Below, piece by piece: positions 1-4,670 of a stretch of DNA of 8,594 nucleotides. The position numbers and the translations under genes are program-made. The first letter of the stretch is position 1, and every line of letters begins with the position of its first letter. The DNA is from Candidatus Iainarchaeum sp. (GTDB taxonomy: Archaea > Iainarchaeota > Iainarchaeia > Iainarchaeales > CSSED10-239), in contig CALBUD010000081.1 of assembly GCA_937968065.1 (NCBI GenBank), forward strand, positions 1 through 8,594. The letters are read 5' to 3'. A model generated the notes under the pieces. The model saw nothing but the letters and a program-made list of their open reading frames with translations. It was not told the origin of the DNA and searched no databases.

Positions 1-31
1 AAAATTCTTTGGAAAAAATTTTTTAATATAT

Positions 32-56
32 TTGTTATAATTACATATTATAACAA
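32..56. repeat. Perfect 10-bp inverted repeat TTGTTATAAT-tacat-ATTATAACAA (hairpin/cruciform or dimeric-protein operator)
   Basis: Arms 32-41 and 47-56 are exact reverse complements with a 5-nt spacer. The half-site TTGTTATAA recurs in the palindrome at 327-338. Confidence 0.85.
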
Positions 57-107
57 GAAGTTATAATAAATTAAATTATTTGATTTTTTTTATTTATCCG
101 ATCTTCA

Positions 108-123
108 TTTTTAAGGTAAAAAA
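108..123. repeat. Inverted copy of the left half of the iteron unit (TTTTTAAGGTAAAAAA)
   Basis: Exact reverse complement of TTTTTTACCTTAAAAA, which occurs at 275-290, 350-365 and 381-396. A partial direct copy, CCTTAAAAA, lies at 145-153. Confidence 0.8.
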
Positions 124-259
124 ATAGAAAAATATTAGAAAAATCCTTAAAAAATTACTAATATTACATAAATTACACTAGGTATACTTTAAATTACATA
201 TATAGAAACGAGTTGAAAACATACTTTTTTCTGTAATTGGAACTATTTTCTGTAATATT

Positions 260-494
260 GTTTGAAATCTGAATTTTTTTACCTTAAAAAGTTTGAAATC
301 CAAACTTTATTATACATAAAAATCAGTTGTTATAACAAACGAGGTGAAATTTTTTACCTTAAAAAGTTTGAAATCCAAACTTTTTTACCTTAAAAAGTTT
401 GAAATCTGAACTTGGTTTGAAATCCGAACTTTTTCATCTTATTTTTAGTATATTTTCTTAATTTTATTTATAAATTAGGTTTGGAATTCAAACT
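260..494 (+). repeat. Iteron array: six copies of core GTTTGAAATCYRAACTT, three of them inside a 33-nt unit TTTTTTACCTTAAAAAGTTTGAAATCCAAACTT
   Basis: Cores lie at 260-275, 291-307, 366-382, 397-413 and 415-431, plus a degenerate copy GTTTGGAATTCAAACT at 479-494. The 33-nt units at 275-307 and 350-382 are identical, and 381-413 differs at 2 positions. Adjacent cores are spaced 31, 75, 31, 18 and 64 nt apart. The core itself contains the small palindrome GTTTG-n5-CAAAC. Confidence 0.85.
327..338. repeat. Perfect 12-bp palindrome TTGTTATAACAA
   Basis: Self-complementary. It shares the TTGTTATAA half-site with the inverted repeat at 32-56 and lies between iteron copies. Confidence 0.8.
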
Positions 495-545
495 AAAATT
501 AGTTTTTCAAACAAATTTTGTATTTTTAGTTTACTTTTTGTTTAG

Positions 546-586
546 AAAATTTTTATAAAATGTTTTATGTAATTATATTTATAAAC
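546..586 (+). promoter_or_regulatory. Candidate promoter for the helicase gene (TATA-like boxes)
   Basis: TTTTATAAAA at 551-560, preceded by the purine-rich AGAAAA, and ATATTTATAAAC at 575-586. They lie roughly 30-65 nt upstream of the SD/start at 602-617. This rests on motif resemblance only. Confidence 0.3.
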
Positions 587-614
587 AATTTTTTAGTTTA
601 TGGAGATGAAATTA

Positions 615-2243
615 ATGTCTGAAAATTTTATAAAGCTTTTAAAAGAATATAATGAAACTATAAATGATGTTTCAAAAAAGATTGATATTGATATAAATGC
701 TATTTCATCTTTTGATTTTTTCAAAGATTCTAATTTTTTTGAAAAAAATCCAATAATGTATGAAGATAAAATATGGTGGAGATGGGATCATCAGAATAAG
801 AGATGGTATATAGTTGATGATGTTGAAATTATGCTAGACTTTTCTAATAATTTTATTTTAAGAGGCTCTACTTCTAGTGTTTTCCACTCTAATATAAGAA
901 CTGCTATTCTTAATTCTCTAAAACAAGCAGGTTTAATTTTTAAAAAACATTTCAAAAAAGATATTAAACCAACTTGGATTGTATTTAGAGATTGTATTGT
1001 GGATGTTGCAACAGGAGAAGTAATAGATCACGATTTTACATTCTTTGCAAAAAATCCAATACCTTATAACTTTTTAGCAGAAGATAATTTTGATACTTCT
1101 AAATTTGATGCACTTTTTAAATCTTGGGTTGTGGGGAATGGTCAAGATGAAAGTTGGGTTGATACTCTTTATGAGCTTGTCGCTTATAGTATGCTTCCAG
1201 ATTATCCTTTGGAAACTATTTTTTGTCTTCATGGAGATGGTTCAAATGGAAAATCATCTTTTATTAAATTACTTGTTAATTTTTTAGGAATGTATAATGT
1301 ATCAGCAACAGAATTATCTTTACTTTCAAATCCAAATTCTAGGTTTGAAACTACTGCTTTGCAAGGAAAATTAGTTTGTTTAATGTCAGAGCTTGATGAT
1401 GCCACAATTAAAAATACATCTCTTTTAAAAAAATTAGTTGGTAACAAAGAAGTTATAAGAGCAGAATACAAAGGTAAAGGTCATGTTGAATTTATTAATT
1501 ATGCAAAAATAATAATGTCTACTAATGTAATTCCAGACACAGCAGACAAGACAGATGGGTTCTATAGGAGATGGCTTGTAATAGATTTTCCTAATAAATT
1601 TGAATCTACAAATGGGGATATCTTAAATCAATTAACTGAAAAAGACTATTCTGCTCTTGCAAGAAAATCAATCGCAGTTTTAAAAACTATTCTTGAAAAA
1701 AATACTTTTACAAATCTTGGAACTATCAAACAAAGAAAACAAAGATATGAAGAAAAAGCCAATCCATTAAAGAGATTTATTGATGAACAATGTATAATTA
1801 ATCCTAACACAGAAGTTCCTGTTTTTGAGTTTTATGAAGCAGTAACTTCTTATTTTTCAGAGAAAGGCTATAGACAAATTACAAAAGCTAAACTTTCAAG
1901 ACTGATGAAAGAAAATGGTTTTGAATCTGAACCAAGACATAATCCAGATGTTAATAAAACTTGGAGATACTATATTGGAATTTCAATTAAAGAATTTAAT
2001 AATCCTACAATTAAAGTTTATGATAAAGATGAAAATAAATTTAAAGAAATAAAAGAATATAGAAATATTGAATTTGGAAAAGAATACAAATGGGAAGAGA
2101 TTGTATCTACCTTTAAGCATTACACAGAAGAAGATCTAAAACAAATAATCACATCTTGGAAAAGACAAGGTGCAGTTACAGAGGTTCGCTCTGGAATTTT
2201 TAGATTTGAAAATATTAATCAAAAGGAGATGATAGGCAAGTAA
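615..2243 (+). CDS. D5/P4-family SF3 replicative helicase (D5_N plus primase-C/helicase domain), with no recognisable primase domain
   Basis: Walker A GDGSNGKS (nt 1233-1256), Walker B LVCLMSELDD (1371-1400), motif C MSTN, and the downstream YRRWLVIDFPNKF arginine-finger region. The upstream pattern WIVFRDCIVDVATGE...FFAKNPIPYNF is typical of D5_N. The open frame begins at 600, but GGAG at 602-605 sits 9 nt before the ATG at 615, so 615 is the preferred start. Confidence 0.9.
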   Translation: MSENFIKLLKEYNETINDVSKKIDIDINAISSFDFFKDSNFFEKNPIMYEDKIWWRWDHQNKRWYIVDDVEIMLDFSNNFILRGSTSSVFHSNIRTAILNSLKQAGLIFKKHFKKDIKPTWIVFRDCIVDVATGEVIDHDFTFFAKNPIPYNFLAEDNFDTSKFDALFKSWVVGNGQDESWVDTLYELVAYSMLPDYPLETIFCLHGDGSNGKSSFIKLLVNFLGMYNVSATELSLLSNPNSRFETTALQGKLVCLMSELDDATIKNTSLLKKLVGNKEVIRAEYKGKGHVEFINYAKIIMSTNVIPDTADKTDGFYRRWLVIDFPNKFESTNGDILNQLTEKDYSALARKSIAVLKTILEKNTFTNLGTIKQRKQRYEEKANPLKRFIDEQCIINPNTEVPVFEFYEAVTSYFSEKGYRQITKAKLSRLMKENGFESEPRHNPDVNKTWRYYIGISIKEFNNPTIKVYDKDENKFKEIKEYRNIEFGKEYKWEEIVSTFKHYTEEDLKQIITSWKRQGAVTEVRSGIFRFENINQKEMIGK

Positions 2244-2385
2244 CATCAGCCATAAATGGTTTTGATAATATAAAAAATAAAATTTTGTATATTAAAGTGA
2301 CATCAACTCCATACTTACATTTTATATTTATTTTTTATGAAGAAAGAAAGACATTAAATGATGTTTATAAAATGGAGAGTTTAAA

Positions 2386-2562
2386 ATGAATAAAAAAGAA
2401 ACATACGAGTTTTTTACTACTGAGTTACAGGATTATATAATTAATTTAAAAAATAATTCTGGATTAACTAATATTGAAATAATTGGTTTATTAGATTTAT
2501 TTAAACAACTTTACTTAGAATCATATACTAAAAATATTTTAGAAGAAGAGGTAATAAAATGA
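2386..2562 (+). CDS. Small hypothetical protein, 58 aa (not in the ORF track)
   Basis: ATG is preceded by GGAGAG (2374-2379) with a 6-nt spacer. Its stop overlaps the next start as ATGA (2559-2562). Translation: MNKKETYEFFTTELQDYIINLKNNSGLTNIEIIGLLDLFKQLYLESYTKNILEEEVIK. Confidence 0.65.
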   Translation: MNKKETYEFFTTELQDYIINLKNNSGLTNIEIIGLLDLFKQLYLESYTKNILEEEVIK

Positions 2563-3017
2563 AAAAACTAAATTTTGAATGTAAAATGTGCAAAAGAGAT
2601 TTACTTCTTGCAAAGTCCCATAAGTATGTAGTGATAGATGGCTCTCATGAAGTTATTTGTAATTATTGCAACAATAAATACACACCTGACGAGATTAAGT
2701 CAGTTACTGTTATGGCTAATTTAGGAGATAAAACTTTAATTAAAGAATATGATTTAGGATTATTTTTATTAAATAATTTCACAGAACACGATATTGAAAA
2801 TTACCTTCCACACGAAAAAAACAAACTCTATAAATATCTTAACAAGATTTTAGGAGTAACAGATGCGATCTATTCTTTAACGATAAATATTACAAAGAGA
2901 AGACTTAATAAGTGCGAGCTATGCGACAAGCTTTTAGATTTTGAAGAATCAATTTATTTCAAGACAGGCAAAAAAAATAACTTCATTCAAGTATGTAAGG
3001 AGTGTGTGAATAAATGA
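2559..3017 (+). CDS. Double zinc-ribbon protein (CxxC-x22-CxxC at the N-terminus, CxxC-x23-CxxC at the C-terminus)
   Basis: Cys8/11/34/37 and Cys119/122/146/149. The two ribbons resemble each other (ECKMCKRDLL...VICNYC and KCELCDKLLD...QVCKEC). SD GAGGT lies at 2548-2552, and the start is ATGA-coupled to the upstream ORF. Confidence 0.8.
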   Translation: MKKLNFECKMCKRDLLLAKSHKYVVIDGSHEVICNYCNNKYTPDEIKSVTVMANLGDKTLIKEYDLGLFLLNNFTEHDIENYLPHEKNKLYKYLNKILGVTDAIYSLTINITKRRLNKCELCDKLLDFEESIYFKTGKKNNFIQVCKECVNK

Positions 3018-3142
3018 GATCAAGAACTGAAGAGAATAGAAAATATTATTTAAAAACAAAAGAATTAAGAAAAAATAAATATTATAAATCTAAAGAAGAT
3101 TTACTTAATAATTTTATAAATTTACTTAATAAAAACATTTAA
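3014..3142 (+). CDS. Small, highly basic hypothetical protein, 42 aa (not in the ORF track)
   Basis: The ATG overlaps the upstream stop as ATGA (3014-3017). AAGGAG lies at 2997-3002. Translation: MRSRTEENRKYYLKTKELRKNKYYKSKEDLLNNFINLLNKNI. A hairpin follows about 55 nt downstream. Confidence 0.45.
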   Translation: MRSRTEENRKYYLKTKELRKNKYYKSKEDLLNNFINLLNKNI

Positions 3143-3197
3143 AAATTAAACTATACTAAAATATATATTGAAGTTCACTTCTGAATTTCATCTCCTA

Positions 3198-3240
3198 GAT
3201 AGGCAAGAATTAAGACCCCTTGCCTATCATTATTTATTAT
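3198..3240 (+). terminator. GC-rich hairpin (10-bp perfect stem GATAGGCAAG/CTTGCCTATC, 11-nt loop) with a T-rich tail
   Basis: Stems at 3198-3207 and 3219-3228 are exact complements, followed by ATTATTTATTAT. This is one of only two GC-rich islands in the window and lies at the end of the 2386-3142 gene trio. Confidence 0.55.
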
Positions 3241-3253
3241 AGGTTATTAAAAT

Positions 3254-3346
3254 ATGAGTTTAATATTTTGGATTATTATTTTTATATTAATTTTATTTTT
3301 TTTATTTATTTTTAGTATTCCTTATCAACAATATTATGGAGATTAA
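3254..3346 (+). CDS. Possible 30-aa single-pass membrane peptide
   Basis: Translation: MSLIFWIIIFILILFFLFIFSIPYQQYYGD. There is only a weak SD (AGGT 3241-3244). It is in the same reading frame as the next gene, separated only by TAA-ATT. It could be non-coding T-rich spacer. Confidence 0.25.
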   Translation: MSLIFWIIIFILILFFLFIFSIPYQQYYGD

Positions 3347-3349
3347 ATT

Positions 3350-3643
3350 ATGATTAAAGCTATTTTGGAGAGGCAAGGTTTTTCAGTTTTTATTCCTTTA
3401 AAAAAAGATGAATTTGATTTATTAGCAATTAAACAAGATCATATAATTGCAATAGTCCACTTTAAAAACAAAACTTTAACAGAAGATAAGTTTCTTTCAA
3501 CTTATAAAAAAGAAATAATTAACTTAATTGATTTACATCTACCTTTTAATTTTTCCAAAGAAATTTGGATTGAAACCAAACAAGGTTTATTTTCAATTAA
3601 TGTTTTAAATATTTCTAAAATAACAAATGAGGTGTTTGCTTGA
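3350..3643 (+). CDS. Small PD-(D/E)xK / Hjc-like nuclease-fold protein, catalytic motif apparently incomplete
   Basis: ILERQGFSV...x13...DLLA...IAIVHFK follows the spacing of archaeal Holliday-junction resolvase Hjc (L..GF - 13 aa - D - about 13 aa - E-x-K). However, E-x-K reads H-F-K and the N-terminal catalytic Glu is missing. SD GGAG lies at 3338-3341. Confidence 0.4.
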   Translation: MIKAILERQGFSVFIPLKKDEFDLLAIKQDHIIAIVHFKNKTLTEDKFLSTYKKEIINLIDLHLPFNFSKEIWIETKQGLFSINVLNISKITNEVFA

Positions 3644-4164
3644 ACCCTTATTTTTTAATAGGTTATATTTTTTTATTAATTATAGGTTTTTTCTTTGCAA
3701 GAAAAGACACAAGAGAAGGTATAATTCCAGATAAATGGACAAACCCATTAATTATTTTATCTGTAATAATGTATTTTTTTGCATTTAATTTTTTCTCATT
3801 TACTTTTTATTTATATTTCACAATTTTAGTTTTACTATATCTATTTTTTGTATATCTTCAAAGAGCAATGCATTATTCAGGTTTAGCTTTAGGCACTGGT
3901 GATGTAAAATTTTTATTATTAATTTATGCATTAATTCCTTTTAGTTCTTCTGCTTTTGTAGGAATTCCTTTTTTTAACATTCTTTTTTGGACAATTGTTT
4001 TAGTTTTTTTCATGGTTTCTTTCAGATTAATTTATTATTTATTATTTTCCAAACTAAAAATCTTCAAAATAATGTATGGTTCATCAATTGATAAAACTGA
4101 AATTAGACTAGCTCCAATTATTTACTTTAGTTTGATAATCAACTTTTTTATACTTATTTTGTAA
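3640..4164 (+). CDS. Short A24-family aspartyl prepilin/preflagellin peptidase (TadV/CpaA/FlaK-like, no methyltransferase domain)
   Basis: Polytopic membrane protein. The first catalytic Asp lies in FARKDTREGIIPD (D23, nt 3706-3708). The second lies in the GxGD-type motif GTGDVK (D88, nt 3892-3909). The TTG start at 3640 overlaps the upstream stop (TTGA) and is preceded by GAGGTG (3629-3634). The first in-frame ATG is codon 44, which would delete TM1 and D23. Confidence 0.75.
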   Translation: MNPYFLIGYIFLLIIGFFFARKDTREGIIPDKWTNPLIILSVIMYFFAFNFFSFTFYLYFTILVLLYLFFVYLQRAMHYSGLALGTGDVKFLLLIYALIPFSSSAFVGIPFFNILFWTIVLVFFMVSFRLIYYLLFSKLKIFKIMYGSSIDKTEIRLAPIIYFSLIINFFILIL

Positions 4165-4261
4165 GTTTTCTAAAATACAAAGGTTTTTATATTTAAAAAA
4201 GTAAATCTGCTTTAAAACCTTTATTTTATAGGTATCTAACACTATTTTTACTTTTAAGATA

Positions 4262-4276
4262 CTTTTATATATAATT
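4262..4276 (+). promoter_or_regulatory. Candidate TATA-like promoter element for the prepilin-like gene
   Basis: CTTTTATATATAATT sits in a 175-nt AT-rich spacer. The predicted 5' UTR would contain a 6-bp hairpin CAAGCT-ttat-AGCTTG (4306-4321) and the SD AGGTGA (4333-4338). Confidence 0.3.
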
Positions 4277-4342
4277 TAAATCATTATATACTTATAATTC
4301 TAATCCAAGCTTTATAGCTTGAGATAAATAAAAGGTGATTTG

Positions 4343-4543
4343 ATGTTATTCAAAAACGAAAAAGGTGCAGGAATGATAGATTCTGTTATTGCTGGTGTTG
4401 TAACAATTATAGGTGTATTAATTGTAACTAATGTTGATACAGCTGCTAATCTTTCAGGAGCTACTGCAACAATGACTGGATTAATTGGTCTTGTATTATC
4501 TGCTGGTGGTATCTTATTTATCATAATGAATGTATTCAGATAA
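4343..4543 (+). CDS. Flp-like / class III signal-peptide prepilin, 66 aa, with two hydrophobic helices (candidate pilin or coat/membrane structural protein)
   Basis: The N-terminus MLFKNEKG|AGMIDSVIAGVVTIIGVLIV has Lys-Gly at -2/-1 (nt 4361-4366), Ala at +1 and Asp at +5 (4379-4381), then a hydrophobic helix. It closely parallels the Flp pattern F.KDE.GA..IEY. A second hydrophobic helix is MTGLIGLVLSAGGILFIIMNVF. The track start at 4340 is a TTG; the ATG at 4343 is preferred. Confidence 0.75.
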   Translation: MLFKNEKGAGMIDSVIAGVVTIIGVLIVTNVDTAANLSGATATMTGLIGLVLSAGGILFIIMNVFR

Positions 4544-4572
4544 ATAATATAATACTCTCCAACCTCATAGTT

Positions 4573-4621
4573 TTGCCTTGCCTTTCTCCTATTGGGCAAG
4601 GCAATCCTCTCCTATTTTTTA
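4573..4621 (+). terminator. Strong hairpin (TTGCCTTGCC/GGCAAGGCAA, 12-nt loop) followed by a T6 run
   Basis: Stems at 4573-4582 and 4595-4604 are exact complements. The T-run lies at 4615-4620, about 30 nt after the stop of the prepilin-like gene. Confidence 0.7.
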
Positions 4622-4647
4622 TTTAAAAACAACACTATTTAAAAACT
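4620..4647 (+). promoter_or_regulatory. Duplicated TATA-like box TATTTAAAAAC (4620-4630 and 4637-4647); candidate promoter of the downstream operon
   Basis: The second box is centred about 28-30 nt upstream of the ATG at 4671, and that ATG has no SD. This fits an archaeal-type leaderless or near-leaderless transcript. It is inference only. Confidence 0.35.
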
Positions 4648-4670
4648 TATTGCAACTATAATTATATTAT

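Larger units (their letters stand above)
1..599. other. Non-coding control region; putative replication origin upstream of the helicase gene
   Basis: No ORF of 65 aa or more on either strand. The region is packed with direct and inverted repeat families (listed separately) and lies immediately 5' of an SF3 helicase gene. Iterons next to the initiator gene are the classic plasmid/viral origin layout. Confidence 0.55.

Noticed and set aside
260-431. Possible CRISPR array, given the regularly spaced direct repeats
   Set aside because: The repeats abut or overlap, and the 31-nt period is filled by the conserved TTTTTTACCTTAAAAA half-unit. There are no unique spacers, too few copies and no cas genes. 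It fits iterons instead.
600-614. ATG at 600 (or 606) as the helicase start; likewise TTG at 8094 and TTG at 4340 from the ORF track
   Set aside because: In each case a canonical ATG a few codons downstream has a properly spaced SD: GGAG 602-605 before 615, GGAGAG 8096-8101 before 8109, and AGGTGA 4333-4338 before 4343. The track starts either overlap the SD or lack one.
681-695. IDIDI near the helicase N-terminus as the DxD motif of an AEP primase
   Set aside because: It is an isolated motif in a region too short (about 120 aa) for an AEP fold, and no accompanying sGxGxH or hD motifs are visible.
1090-1287. 65-aa + strand ORF in an alternative frame inside the helicase gene
   Set aside because: It lies entirely inside a gene whose frame carries unmistakable Walker A/B motifs. 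It has no SD, and its low-complexity hydrophobic translation is typical of an off-frame read of AT-rich coding DNA.
1229-1471. 80-aa minus-strand ORF antisense to the helicase gene
   Set aside because: It is a shadow ORF covering the Walker A/B region of a well-supported + strand gene, with no start context. All supported genes in the window are on the + strand.
3198-3228. GC-rich hairpin as a tRNA fragment or attachment site
   Set aside because: A 10-bp stem with an 11-nt loop does not match any tRNA arm geometry. There is no cloverleaf or CCA context, and no integrase in the window. It is kept as a terminator-like hairpin, with a cassette-boundary role only as a hypothesis.
4179-4222. 9-bp inverted repeat AAAGGTTTT / AAAACCTTT with a 26-nt spacer after the peptidase gene
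   Set aside because: The arms are AT-rich and the loop is long. Such pairs arise easily by chance in this composition, and it would be a weak terminator at best. It is not called as a feature.
4312-4599. 95-aa minus-strand ORF antisense to the prepilin-like gene; it has a TTG start preceded by an SD-like AGGAGAGG (the reverse complement of 4606-4613)
   Set aside because: Its third codon positions coincide with those of the + gene, which is the frame most prone to shadow ORFs. It starts inside the terminator stem and runs over the + gene's SD. Its P/T/I/N-rich translation has no recognisable features, whereas the + frame gives a textbook signal peptide plus TM helices. The SD-like sequence is noted but judged incidental.
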